The notes below the pieces were generated by a model. It was not told the origin of the DNA. It did not search any database and saw only the letters and a list, made by a program, of their open reading frames with translations. A program made the translations under genes and the position numbers. Positions 17,282-26,483 of a stretch of 64,000 nucleotides of DNA are shown here, one piece after another. The DNA lies in assembly GCA_031392945.1 (NCBI GenBank), contig JANMVT010000195.1, positions 33,672 through 97,671 of the forward strand, given 5' to 3'. This DNA comes from Rhodoferax sp. GTDB lineage: Bacteria; Pseudomonadota; Gammaproteobacteria; Burkholderiales; Burkholderiaceae_C. The first letter of the stretch is position 1; every line of letters starts with the position of its first letter.

Positions 17282-18673
17282 ATGAAGGCCCAGCACGTCC
17301 CGCTCCGGTGGTGGTTGGGCCTGGTTTGCCTGCTGGGGCCGGCCGCCTGCGGCAGCCTGCCGGCCATCGATCCCGACCTGGCGCGTCCTGCCCGGAGCAA
17401 AGTTCGCCTAGAAGGCGCAAGGGGCGAACTGACGGCCGCGCAAAGCAAGGCCATCCTCGACAAACTAAAGAGCAGCAGCCCGGACACCAACATATTCGAC
17501 CGCCACATGGCGCTGGAGCAGGCCATTGTCGGCAGCCCGCTGACCACGGGCAACCAGGTCCAGTTGCTGCAGGACGGCCCGGCCACCTACCGCGCCATGT
17601 TCGCCGCCATTCTGGCCGCGAAAGACCACATCAACCTCGAGACCTACATTCTGGATGCCGATGAGGTCGGCCAGCAATTTGTCCAGGCCCTGCTGGACAA
17701 ACAGCAGCAAGGGGTGCAGGTCAACCTCATCCGCGACAGCGTGGGCACCTTGGGCGTGCCGCCGGAATTTTTCAAGAATTTGAGCGACAGGGGCATCAAC
17801 GTGCTTGAGTTCAACCCGGTCAATCCGCTGGCCGCGCGCAATGCCTGGGCCTTGAACCAGCGCGACCACCGCAAGCTGCTGATCGTCGATGGCGCCATCG
17901 CCTTCCTGGGCGGCATCAACATCAGCAGTGTCTATTCCGGCGGGTCATCCAGCAAGCGTTCAGGCGCCAACCCCAATGCCAGCCTGGCCTGGCGCGACAC
18001 CGACCTGCAATTGCAAGGGCCGGTGGTGGCCGAATTCCAGAAACTGTTTCTTGCGACCTGGGCGAAACAAAATGGTCCGCCGCTGGCAAAAAGCAATTTC
18101 TTCCCTTCGCCCGAAAGGCCGGGCAAACAAGTGGTGCGCGCCATTGGCAGCTCGCCCAGCGATCCCTTCAGCCTGATCTACGCCACCCTGTTGTCAGCCA
18201 TTGGCAGCGCCGAGACCAGTGTGCACCTCACCAACGCGTATTTCGCGCCAGATCCGCAATTGCTGGCGGCGCTGGGCGCAGCCGCCGCGCGCGGGGTGGA
18301 CGTCAAATTGATCCTGCCCAGCCAAACCGATTCGTGGCTGGTGTTCCACGCCGGACGGGGTTATTACGACCAGCTGCTGCGCTCGGGCGTGAAAATTTAC
18401 GAACGCCGGGGCGTCATCCTGCATTCCAAAACCGTCCTGGTGGACGGGGTGTGGGCGACTGTCGGCTCCACCAACCTTGACTGGCGCAGCTTTCTTCACA
18501 ACGAGGAGCTCAACGCCGTGGTGCTGGGCACGGAATTCGGCAGCCAGGTTCAGGCCATGTTCGACAAAGACCTAGCCGCTTCGGACGCCATCACGCTGGC
18601 CCAGTGGCAACGTCGGCCGCTTGATTTGCGCATCAAGGAGCTGTTCGCCCGGGTTTGGGAGTACTGGTTGTGA
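17282..18673 (+). CDS. phospholipase D / cardiolipin synthase-like lipoprotein (two HKD motifs)
   Basis: 463 aa. Signal/lipobox LLGPAACGS. HKD motifs HRKLLIVDG...GGINIS and LHSKTVLVDG...GSTNLD. Confidence 0.85.
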   Translation: MKAQHVPLRWWLGLVCLLGPAACGSLPAIDPDLARPARSKVRLEGARGELTAAQSKAILDKLKSSSPDTNIFDRHMALEQAIVGSPLTTGNQVQLLQDGPATYRAMFAAILAAKDHINLETYILDADEVGQQFVQALLDKQQQGVQVNLIRDSVGTLGVPPEFFKNLSDRGINVLEFNPVNPLAARNAWALNQRDHRKLLIVDGAIAFLGGINISSVYSGGSSSKRSGANPNASLAWRDTDLQLQGPVVAEFQKLFLATWAKQNGPPLAKSNFFPSPERPGKQVVRAIGSSPSDPFSLIYATLLSAIGSAETSVHLTNAYFAPDPQLLAALGAAAARGVDVKLILPSQTDSWLVFHAGRGYYDQLLRSGVKIYERRGVILHSKTVLVDGVWATVGSTNLDWRSFLHNEELNAVVLGTEFGSQVQAMFDKDLAASDAITLAQWQRRPLDLRIKELFARVWEYWL

Positions 18674-18858
18674 CGCGCCGCTCCCTGCCCGCCCTGGCCT
18701 GTCTGGCGCTTGCCCTGGGCGGCGTGATCTGCATCCTCATCGCCACCGGTGCCTCCTATGGCCTGTCGGGTGTGATGGGTGCGCCATACGCGTTCGATCC
18801 GACGATCAATGTGCTGGGGCTCGTGTTTTCCGCCGCCATCGGGATTCTGTTTGGCTCA
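18655..18858 (+). pseudogene. remnant of the C-terminal FtsX/MacB-type ABC permease domain
   Basis: ORF 18655..19029 begins ...LALALGGVICILIATGASYGLSGVMGAPYAFDPTINVLGLVFSAAIGILFG. This matches the last two TM helices of MacB/FtsX permeases, but it lacks the upstream domain and the terminal YPA.RAA..P..AL tail, and it overlaps the PLD gene end. Confidence 0.45.
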
Positions 18859-19025
18859 CGGCGGGTTGGGCGTTCTGGCATTTGCCGCTGTTCGTGTACC
18901 GCCCAGGCTACACCAGCATGGGAGCGGTCGGCGACGCCAGGCCTGGCCCCTTGGTGGGTTTGCGCACAGACCGGCTGGCCAGGTCGGCGCAATCTGCCCG
19001 ATCTGAACGGCCAACGAGGGCAACC

Positions 19026-19940
19026 ATGACCTGTAGACAGCTTGAACGCGCAATCCAAATCCAGGGCATTGTTTTAATGTGCCTGCTGGGCGGCGGCCTG
19101 CTTGGATTGACATGGCCGGCGCCGGCCAACGCCACCCCGGCTGAATCGCTGCTGGCAAGGCATGCCGGGCTGGAAAACCGGCTGCGCCAAAACCAGTTCA
19201 ACCGGCCCGTGGTGCTGGATTCGGCTGAAACGCCCAACCACGTCACGGGCGAAATCCACGCGGTCATCGACTACCCGTTCCCGGCGGTGAGCGCAGGCCT
19301 GAACAACCCCGACCACTGGTGCGACGTGATGCACTTGCACATCAACACCAAATATTGCCGTGCAGTGGCTACACCCGCCGGCACGGTCCTCAAGGTCAAC
19401 ATCGGCAAGAAAACCGCTGAAAAATTGAGCGACGCCCCCCGGCTTGAATTCAAGTACCTGGCCGCTGCGGTGGCCCCGGACTACATTGACTTCAGGCTCA
19501 GCGCCAAAGACGGGCCGATGGGCACCAGCGACTACCGTATAGAACTCGAAGCCATACCGCTGGAAGATGGCAAAACCTTTCTGCACCTGACCTATTCCTA
19601 CGCCATGAATTTCACCGCCCGGCTGGCCATGCAGGCCTATCTGGCGACGCTTGGCAGCGGCAAGGTGGGGTTCACCCAGAGCGGCTTGACGGGCGTCGGC
19701 CAGCCTCAATACATAGGCGGCGTGCGCGCCCTGGTCGAGCGCAACACCATGCGTTATTACCTCGCCATCGACAGCTTTCTGGAAGCCGCCCCGGCCGCTC
19801 CAGCCCTGCGGCTTGACCGGCGCTTGCAGACCTGGTTTTCAGCCGTCGAGATGTACCCGCGCCAACTGCATGAGGTGGAAAGGGATGATTACATCGCCAT
19901 GAAACGCGATGAATACCGGCGCCAGCAAACGGCAGATTAG
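19026..19940 (+). CDS. secreted hypothetical protein (304 aa)
   Basis: ORF 18621..19940, with the in-frame ATG at 19026 preferred. Signal peptide LMCLLGGGLLGLTWPAPANA. No motif recognised. Confidence 0.6.
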   Translation: MTCRQLERAIQIQGIVLMCLLGGGLLGLTWPAPANATPAESLLARHAGLENRLRQNQFNRPVVLDSAETPNHVTGEIHAVIDYPFPAVSAGLNNPDHWCDVMHLHINTKYCRAVATPAGTVLKVNIGKKTAEKLSDAPRLEFKYLAAAVAPDYIDFRLSAKDGPMGTSDYRIELEAIPLEDGKTFLHLTYSYAMNFTARLAMQAYLATLGSGKVGFTQSGLTGVGQPQYIGGVRALVERNTMRYYLAIDSFLEAAPAAPALRLDRRLQTWFSAVEMYPRQLHEVERDDYIAMKRDEYRRQQTAD

Positions 19941-20063
19941 GCGCCTGTGTCCGTGCGCCTGGGCGACAGGCCTTGTCGGCCTTTGCTGACAGCAAGACGG
20001 CATGCCGGCTGATCGCTGCCTGTGAAACGCCGACGGAAGATGGTGTCTTTATGAGGAGCTCAC

Positions 20064-20225
20064 ATGCCAAGCCGCACCCCGCGCCATCTGCATCGTTCAC
20101 CGGCCCAGGACCCTGAGGAACCGGATGACGAAACGCCCTTGCCAGTAGACCCCGATGAAGGCCTGATACCCGCCATGATCCCGGACGACCCGGAATACGA
20201 CCGCGTGGTTGAGCCGCAGGACTGA
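20064..20225 (+). CDS. small acidic Pro/Asp/Glu-rich protein (53 aa), absent from the ORF track
   Basis: Hand-translated as MPSRTPRHLHRSPAQDPEEPDDETPLPVDPDEGLIPAMIPDDPEYDRVVEPQD. GAGGAG sits 6 nt upstream of the ATG. Confidence 0.4.
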   Translation: MPSRTPRHLHRSPAQDPEEPDDETPLPVDPDEGLIPAMIPDDPEYDRVVEPQD

Positions 20226-20315
20226 CTGCGATATCACCGGCTTTGCGTGCGCTACAGCACAGTCAGCCAGATCCCCATTCCCCATGATCGAGCCTGATTT
20301 CAAAGGAGCGTCCCA

Positions 20316-20774
20316 ATGGACAAAACCAATCCCCCAACCTCGTTTGGCGTATTCAAGCCGGTCGGCCACATCGTCATTGCGCTGGAAGCCGCTGCAGAGG
20401 CGCAGGCCCTTGCCAGCGCACTGCTGGCGCAGGGGTTTTCAGCGGCCGACCTGGTGCACTACACGCCCCAGGAGATGCTTGACCAGGTCAACGCCGAGAT
20501 GTTGACGGCGAGCCCGCTGGCGTCTTTGGGCCAGGACCTCAACCTCATCAAGGCGCACCGGGCCATGGCCGACAAGGGCTGTAGTTTTTTGGTGGTGCAT
20601 GCGCCCAAGGCCGCGCAAGTGGCCCAGGTCGCAGCACTGGCCAAAAGCATGAACGCCAAATCCGCCCAGCGCTACGGCAGCCTGATTGTTGAGGAACTGA
20701 TCATCGCGCCGGGTGCAGAGTCCCAGGTGTTCGAGTCGCCAGACCGGGGCCTTGACGCCCGTTTGGCGGACTGA
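20316..20774 (+). CDS. hypothetical protein (152 aa)
   Basis: AAGGAG ribosome-binding site. Uninterrupted ORF with GC-rich third positions. No recognised motif. Confidence 0.6.
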   Translation: MDKTNPPTSFGVFKPVGHIVIALEAAAEAQALASALLAQGFSAADLVHYTPQEMLDQVNAEMLTASPLASLGQDLNLIKAHRAMADKGCSFLVVHAPKAAQVAQVAALAKSMNAKSAQRYGSLIVEELIIAPGAESQVFESPDRGLDARLAD

Positions 20775-21077
20775 CGGCGGTGGCCCGGCGCGGCCTCAAA
20801 CTGTTTGGCCGCCGCGCTCTGGCGAGCGCTTGGGGCGCGATGGCCCGCCGCGCGGCGCCGCTCGGCCTCGAAAGCCATCGCGGTCGCGTTGCCCCCGGTT
20901 GCGACGCCGAAGCGGCCAAAGCCGGCTCTGCGCAAACCGTCGCGCAAACGCTGCCCAGCGTCAGCCAGATGAACCGGGTGGCCGCGCGGGACAGGCCAAC
21001 GGCGACCCGGGCGGGACCGACGCCTCGCGGATGGTCTGGGCTTTCGCGGCCCGGCAATTTTCAGCGCCACAATCAAA

Positions 21078-21096
21078 TGCTATTAATAGAATAGCA
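21078..21096. repeat. AT-rich palindromic intergenic element, copy 3 (TGCTATTAATAGAATAGCA)
   Basis: 7-bp arms TGCTATT/AATAGCA with a 5-nt spacer. It contains the nested 10-bp palindrome CTATTAATAG. Confidence 0.7.
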
Positions 21097-21225
21097 AACT
21101 AATTATATGCCACGAGGGCATACACCCTGTTTTTCTGGAATTTCCGGGAGTGCCGGCAAAACAGCGCCTTCCAGCATCCAAGCAGTCCAAGCGTGCGCCA
21201 GCGCACGGGTTATAAATGCGGCGTG

Positions 21226-21428
21226 TTGAATGGCAAAGTGCAGCCGGGATCGAGCGTGGCCATCGTCGTGCAGCAGGTGATGAAACTGACCTGGGGGGGC
21301 GCGGCGTGGACACCGCGATCGAGGCGGTGGGCATCTCGGCGACTTTCGAGCTATGCCAGGACAGCATCGCGGACACCTCCGCCCAAGCCAAGGACACCCG
21401 GGCGCTGAAGGTCATCATCAGCGCGTAG
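21226..21428 (+). pseudogene. degraded C-terminal remnant of a Zn-dependent (medium-chain) alcohol dehydrogenase
   Basis: Two frames carry pieces in ADH order: GSSVAIV...VMKLT.GG (frame of ORF 21193), then GGRGVDTAIEAVGISATFELCQ...ALKVIISA* (frame of ORF 21216). There are large internal deletions and no N-terminal catalytic domain. Confidence 0.5.
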
Positions 21429-21584
21429 CGGTGCAAAGTCAGCATCCTCCTACAAGCTTTGCCCGGAATGGCCTACAGCCTTTCATGGCCGCAAAACCTA
21501 CAGTCAAGCCATCTTCATCGGTTTGAAGATTTCCGGCGTTTCTCAAAATATCCGGACATTTCTCACCCTCATCTAGGATCCTTC

Positions 21585-22199
21585 ATGAAAAAACCTTATC
21601 GCACCCTGTCCGCCCTGGCCCTGGCAGCGGCAAGCCTCGCCGGCGCATCCGTCGCGCAGGCGCAAACTGCCATGTCAAACCCTTCGGGACCGTTCACCAT
21701 GACCGCTCCAAGAGCCTACATCGGCCTGAGCGCTGGGCAAACCGATTACCGCCTGAACGGCGGCACAGGGTTTTTCTCGAATGACAGCCGCAGCACCGCT
21801 TACAGCTTGACCGGCGGCTCCTACTTCACCAACAACTTCGGCGCCGAACTGGCCTACACCGATTTCGGGCGCATCAGCCGCGCTGGCGGCACCTCGCGCG
21901 GCGAAGGTGTGAGCTTGCGCCTGGTGGGCCGGGTGCCGCTGGGCACTTCCTTCAATTTACTCGGCAAAATCGGCACCACCTACGCGCGCACGGACGTGAG
22001 TTCCGCGGCCGGCTCGGGCATCGCCCCAGGCTCCGACCAAGGCTGGGGCCTGTCCATGGGATTGGGCGCCGAATACATGTTCTCGCCCAACTGGTCGGCC
22101 CTGCTGTCCTATGACACGCATGACATGCACTTCGCTGGCGGCAACACCGACCGTGATCGCGTCAGCGTGACCTCATTGGGCGTGCGTTACTCGTTCTAG
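21585..22199 (+). CDS. outer-membrane beta-barrel protein (OmpW/OmpA-N-like small porin family)
   Basis: In-frame ATG at 21585. Signal peptide MKKPYRTLSALALAAASLAGASVAQA. Alternating amphipathic strands. C-terminal ...LGVRYSF is typical of OMPs. Confidence 0.8.
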   Translation: MKKPYRTLSALALAAASLAGASVAQAQTAMSNPSGPFTMTAPRAYIGLSAGQTDYRLNGGTGFFSNDSRSTAYSLTGGSYFTNNFGAELAYTDFGRISRAGGTSRGEGVSLRLVGRVPLGTSFNLLGKIGTTYARTDVSSAAGSGIAPGSDQGWGLSMGLGAEYMFSPNWSALLSYDTHDMHFAGGNTDRDRVSVTSLGVRYSF

Positions 22200-22284
22200 G
22201 CCACTGCGCTTGCACAACAGGGTCAGAAGCGACCCTGAACCGGCCTGGGCCGCTCCGCAAGGGGCTGTCCGGGCCGTGCGTTTT

Positions 22285-22836
22285 TCAGGCTGTGTGTGTG
22301 TTTACCCAGGCCACGTAGCGGTCCATCCAGGTTTGAAGGAACTTCACGCTGCCCGCAGCAATGCGGCCATCGGTATCGAACAGGCCGTCTTTGTACTGGA
22401 CGAAGGCCTCGGGTTGCCCCAAGGTGGGCATGTCCTGGGACACCAGAATATTGCGCAGGTGCTGCTGGGCCATGGCGGTGCCCGCAGCGCCCGGCGACAC
22501 ACCGACAATGCCCGCTGGCTTGCCAGTCCAGGCGCTTTGGCCATAAGGGCGCGAGCCATGGTCAATCACGTTCTTGAGCACACTGGGGATCGAGCGGTTG
22601 TGTTCCGGTGTGACAAACAGAATGGCCTGGGCCACGCTGATTTCGTTTTTCAGGCGCTTCACGCAGTCCGGCGGCGTAGCATCGTTGTCCTGGTTGTAGA
22701 GCGGCAAATCGTCGATTTGCACTTGCTCGAAGGTGAAATCCGCAGGCGCCAGGTGCGCCAGCGCACCGGCCAGCTTGCGGTTGAACGAGTCGCGGCGCAA
22801 GCTGCCCACAACCACGGCGATCAGATGGCGATCCAT
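22285..22836 (-). CDS. NAD(P)H-dependent FMN reductase (ChrR/YieF-like)
   Basis: 183 aa. IAVVVGSLRRDSFNRKLA...LPLYNQD...FVTPEHNRSIPSVLKNVID is the FMN_red pattern. Confidence 0.85.
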   Translation of the reverse strand: MDRHLIAVVVGSLRRDSFNRKLAGALAHLAPADFTFEQVQIDDLPLYNQDNDATPPDCVKRLKNEISVAQAILFVTPEHNRSIPSVLKNVIDHGSRPYGQSAWTGKPAGIVGVSPGAAGTAMAQQHLRNILVSQDMPTLGQPEAFVQYKDGLFDTDGRIAAGSVKFLQTWMDRYVAWVNTHTA

Positions 22837-22913
22837 GCAGTTCTCCTATAAAAAACCCCACCATAGACTTGCAAGGCGACCGGGCTCCCGGTCGGGCTTG
22901 TCCCCGGGGCGCA

Positions 22914-23153
22914 TCAGCGTTTGGCCTGTGCTTCGCGCTTGACGCCAGGGTCTTCGCCCTTGGAATGGGAAAGGCCTTCGCGCTCTGCAGCCTCAAGTTC
23001 TTGCGCTTCCAGCGGTGTGGCGGGCTTCGCCCTTTGGGCTGCGCCAGCGACCTTGCCAGACTTGACAAACGACTGCACTGACTCGTCATACTTTTCGGCA
23101 GATTTGTAGTCGCCTTCGCCCTGCACGGCTTTTGAATCATTGCCAGGTTTCAT
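22914..23153 (-). CDS. small hydrophilic hypothetical protein (79 aa)
   Basis: Internal ATG at 23153 of ORF 22914..23309. MKPGNDSKAVQGEGDYKSAEKYDESVQSFVKSGK... is charged and has no TM helix. Confidence 0.5.
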   Translation of the reverse strand: MKPGNDSKAVQGEGDYKSAEKYDESVQSFVKSGKVAGAAQRAKPATPLEAQELEAAEREGLSHSKGEDPGVKREAQAKR

Positions 23154-23209
23154 GAAGAACCTCCAGGTAAATTCTGAGGCAGGAAAACCTGCCCAAGACA
23201 TCAGGCCAT

Positions 23210-23656
23210 TCAGGCCACTGCCGATGCCGAACCCGCCGCGACGTAGGGTTGGGTTCCGTAGTAATCGTGGATGCCCCTGGCCCATGCCTGATCCGCCATG
23301 TTGGGCCAACTGTCCTTGTCAAACCCGGGCGCCTGATCCAGGCTTTCCTTCTTCACGTTCAGTGTGAATCGTTTGTTTTGCGTATCCAGTGTCAACGCTT
23401 CCCAGGGAACAGCGAACAGCTTTTCGCCCATTCCGAGAATGCCGCCGAAAGACAGGACGGCATAACTCACGCGGCCGGTGCCCATGTCCAGCATGATTTC
23501 CTTGACATCGCCGAGATCTTCGTCCTGCCCGTTGTAAACGTCGTTGCCGACCAGGGTGTCGGCACCCATCAGGCCGGGGCCTGGGCCGTGTTTTGCAGTA
23601 ACTTTGTACATGCCGTAGCTATCGCGTTCTTCGTAGTTCATGTGATTTCCATTCAT
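23210..23656 (-). CDS. PRC-barrel domain protein
   Basis: LVGNDVYNGQDEDLGDVKEIMLDMGTGRVSYAVLSFGGILGMGEKLFAVPWEAL is a typical PRC-barrel signature. The start is either 23656 or 23641 (the latter has a GGAA ribosome-binding site). Confidence 0.85.
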   Translation of the reverse strand: MNGNHMNYEERDSYGMYKVTAKHGPGPGLMGADTLVGNDVYNGQDEDLGDVKEIMLDMGTGRVSYAVLSFGGILGMGEKLFAVPWEALTLDTQNKRFTLNVKKESLDQAPGFDKDSWPNMADQAWARGIHDYYGTQPYVAAGSASAVA

Positions 23657-23893
23657 GGGTAGGTTTAAGTGAATTGCAGGGCACCGTGCTGCGTGACCGA
23701 TGCCCCGTCAACACGATAAGCGTTGGGTATGCCGCCATCTGTGCGATAACGTACCCAAAGTGTTCCCCGTCTGTCACCCGGCATAAATAGATGCCTTGGC
23801 CGGGCCTGTCCTACGAAAAGTGCTGGAGCTCGCCTACACCTTTGCCGGACCAAAAGAAAATGGTCCTTCGCTGATTTCACCGGGATTTTTTCC

Positions 23894-24082
23894 TCAGCCC
23901 GGACGATCCACTGCCGTAGCCGCTGGACGCGGCGCTGCCTGCTGCTCCCGGGCTGACAGGGAACTGCGTTTGAGGTGTTCAAACATGACCCCGCTGGCGG
24001 TGTCAAACATCACGCCGTCGGCGTCTTCGGTAACCGGCGGCGGCGAGTTCGCCTCGAAACTGGTTTCAACAGGGCTGTTCAT
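23894..24082 (-). CDS. possible small hypothetical protein (62 aa)
   Basis: Internal ATG at 24082 of ORF 23894..24178. GC-rich third positions, but no clear ribosome-binding site and no motif. Confidence 0.3.
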   Translation of the reverse strand: MNSPVETSFEANSPPPVTEDADGVMFDTASGVMFEHLKRSSLSAREQQAAPRPAATAVDRPG

Positions 24083-24221
24083 GATGTAGATCTCTGGGTT
24101 GATGTCGCGTTGATGGAGGTGTTCGCCTGAAAGCGGGTGTGGAGGGTAAAAAAAATGAGCAAGTGGCATCGCCATCAAATGCTACAGACTGGTTCTGGCG
24201 TCGCATCGAACTGCTTTCGAA

Positions 24222-25292
24222 TCATTTAGGCCGCGGCCGCGCCAGCTTCGGCTGCACGGCCTGCAAACGTCCTGCCCGCAATTCAATCACGGCCTTGACC
24301 ACGGCCAGGGCCACGTTGCGCACTTCGGCCTGCACGGCGGTGTCGCGGTCCAGCGCCTCATGGCTGTTGGCATAAGGCTCGAAGTAGCCGATGTAGCGGT
24401 CCAGTTGCGCCTGCGCGCCGGCGTCGATGAAACCCATCCAGTCGAGCCAGTCCGACAGGGCGCGCCGCGATCCCTCGATGCCCGCCACGTCGCCATGCAC
24501 GATCAGGCCGTACGCACGGCCCGCCAGATGCTGCGGGTAGTCCCAGCCGGCCATTTCAAGTTCTTTCGCCAACGCGGGCTTCTTGCCGCCCGTGGCGGTT
24601 GGGTCGGCATTGCCGCCGTCGGCGCACACCAGGCGGTCAATCATCAGCTTGAGCGGGCTCGGAGCCTGGTACCAGTAGACCGGTGTGGCAATGATGACCG
24701 CGTGCGCGGCGGTCCAGCGCTCGTAGATTTCGGCCATCCAGTCATTGGTCTGGTGCAGGGCATGGTTGGGGTAACAGCTACAGGGCCAATGGCACAGCGG
24801 CATGGCGGTGGACGCGCAGCCCTTGCAGGGGTGGATATGGCGGTCGTAATCCGAGGTCAGGCGGCTCAGGTCCAGCAGATCGGCTTCGATGTTTGCCGCC
24901 TCCAGCACCTCGCGCGCCAGCCCGGCCAGGCGGAAGGTCTTGGAGATTTCGCCGGGGCAGGTGCCGTCGTTGCGGGCCGAGCCACAAATCAGCAAAACCC
25001 GGGATTTTGTCGCCGGGTTGGCCCACACCAACTGGGTGGCATCCAGGCGCTTCTTGGTGGCGACCCATTCAGTGGACAAGTCATAGTCGGGGTCGGCGTA
25101 GCCCGGCCCGGCCTTTTGGGTGTGCGGCGCTTTGCGCCCTTCGATGTAAGCGCCCCAGGCGATCTCTTCCAGGCGCGAGATGGCGCTGTCTTCGGCCCGG
25201 AAAGCGTCATCGATGAAGGATGTACGAAAGCGCGTGCTGAATTCGGCCCGTCCGGCCGGCGCAGGCGCCTGGCCTTTGCGGATTTCAATCAT
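24222..25292 (-). CDS. flavodoxin-like fold / NADPH-dependent FMN reductase-family oxidoreductase with an N-terminal extension
   Basis: 356 aa. VLLICGSARNDGTCPGE...AHAVIIATPVYWYQAPSPLKLMIDRL core, plus a Cys-rich stretch HPCKGCASTAMPLCHWPCSCY. Confidence 0.7.
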   Translation of the reverse strand: MIEIRKGQAPAPAGRAEFSTRFRTSFIDDAFRAEDSAISRLEEIAWGAYIEGRKAPHTQKAGPGYADPDYDLSTEWVATKKRLDATQLVWANPATKSRVLLICGSARNDGTCPGEISKTFRLAGLAREVLEAANIEADLLDLSRLTSDYDRHIHPCKGCASTAMPLCHWPCSCYPNHALHQTNDWMAEIYERWTAAHAVIIATPVYWYQAPSPLKLMIDRLVCADGGNADPTATGGKKPALAKELEMAGWDYPQHLAGRAYGLIVHGDVAGIEGSRRALSDWLDWMGFIDAGAQAQLDRYIGYFEPYANSHEALDRDTAVQAEVRNVALAVVKAVIELRAGRLQAVQPKLARPRPK

Positions 25293-25396
25293 GTGCAGTT
25301 CCTCGGTGTGCAGCGTGAACGCAAGTTTGCCAAGCCGCGTGGCGGCGTCTGTTCGCTGCCGAACACAGGCAGCGCGGTCTGCCGACTAACCGGGCG

Positions 25397-26287
25397 CTAA
25401 CCCGGCGCATTCGCCAGCAGTTTTTCGTTCAATTCGCGCCGGGAGCCAAAGGCATTGGCGTAAACCCAGGTGAATTCCGCGCCGATCAGGAATATTTGCG
25501 CCGAGTAATAAACCCACACCAAAACCACCACCAGCGAACCGGCAGCGCCGAAACCCGACACCACGCCGCTGCGGCCAATGTACAGGCCAATCGCCAGCTT
25601 GCCGACCATGAACAGGACGGCGGTGAACACGGCGCCAATCCAAACGTCTTTCCAATGCACCTGAACCCGTGGCATGACCTTGTAGATCAGCGCGAACATG
25701 GCAGCCACTAGGCAAAAACCGCCCACTGCATTGGTGACCGCCGCCACCGCATACCAGCCGGCAAACATCGGCCCCCACCAGCGCCCCGCAGCGGCCAGCC
25801 CGGCGCTCACCACCAGGGACACAATCAGCAAAAAGCCGATGGCCAGGATCATCCCGAATGAAAGCAGGCGGCTGCGCACCAGATCCAGCCAGCCGCTGCT
25901 TCGGGCCGGGGTGGGCACATGCCAGATGCGGTCCAGCGAAGCCTGCAATTCTGCGAACACGGTGGTGGCGCCGACCAGCAGCAACGCCAGGCCCAGCAAG
26001 GCCGCTGCGGCGCTCTCGGCCGGTTTTTGCACGCTGGCCAACAGGTCCTGCACGGCGCCTGCGCTGTTGCTGCCCATCAGGGCGCTCAACTCGGCCTGGA
26101 TTTCGCCCCGCGCGGCGTCTTCGCCAAACACCAGCCCGGCCACCGAGATGACGATCAGCAGCAGCGGCGCCAGCGAAAACAAGGTGTAGTAGGCCAGCGC
26201 TGCGCCCATGCTGGGCACGTAGTCGTCAAGCCAGGATTTCGATACCTGGTTGAGCAGCATCCAGGAAGCTTTGGTGTTGGACAGCAT
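25397..26287 (-). CDS. YihY/BrkB-family inner-membrane protein
   Basis: Internal ATG at 26287. SWLDDYVPSMGAALAYYTLFSLAPLLLI and multiple TM helices are the canonical YihY N-terminal pattern. Confidence 0.85.
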   Translation of the reverse strand: MLSNTKASWMLLNQVSKSWLDDYVPSMGAALAYYTLFSLAPLLLIVISVAGLVFGEDAARGEIQAELSALMGSNSAGAVQDLLASVQKPAESAAAALLGLALLLVGATTVFAELQASLDRIWHVPTPARSSGWLDLVRSRLLSFGMILAIGFLLIVSLVVSAGLAAAGRWWGPMFAGWYAVAAVTNAVGGFCLVAAMFALIYKVMPRVQVHWKDVWIGAVFTAVLFMVGKLAIGLYIGRSGVVSGFGAAGSLVVVLVWVYYSAQIFLIGAEFTWVYANAFGSRRELNEKLLANAPG

Positions 26288-26324
26288 GGTGGGGGCGGGC
26301 TGGGTTGCTGGGTCGCTGTGGGTA

Positions 26325-26336
26325 GCTATAGATAGC
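26325..26336. repeat. short GCTAT-AG-ATAGC palindrome upstream of yihY-like gene
   Basis: Perfect 5+2+5 palindrome about 40 nt upstream of the 26287 start. Same core as the longer AT-rich elements. GGCCAATTGGCC palindrome nearby. Confidence 0.5.
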
Positions 26337-26455
26337 GTGACGGCCAATTGGCCAATCGCCCGATGTTGCAGCCAACGCCGGGTTGCGTCCAGAGGGGCCA
26401 AAGCCAATTGCGTGTCGGAAATGGCCTACGTGCGCCGTCAGTGGCACCGCACCCA

Positions 26456-26478
26456 GTCAGGGCTTGACATGCCCTGAC
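26456..26478 (-). terminator. hairpin immediately downstream of katE (no clear U-tract)
   Basis: 8-bp stem GTCAGGGC/GCCCTGAC with a 7-nt loop, 6 nt beyond the katE stop codon (26484-26486). Confidence 0.5.
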
Positions 26479-26483
26479 AGCCA

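Noticed and set aside
18621-19025. N-terminal 135 aa of ORF 18621..19940
   Set aside because: It overlaps the PLD gene end and the FtsX-like remnant, and its translation is Arg/Cys-rich. A signal peptide follows the internal ATG at 19026.
20672-21102. Overlapping ORFs of 100-134 aa in the GC-rich gap after gene 20316..20774
   Set aside because: All frames give Arg/Pro/Ala-rich translations with no ribosome-binding site or recognisable domain. I treated the region as non-coding or decayed DNA next to the ADH remnant.
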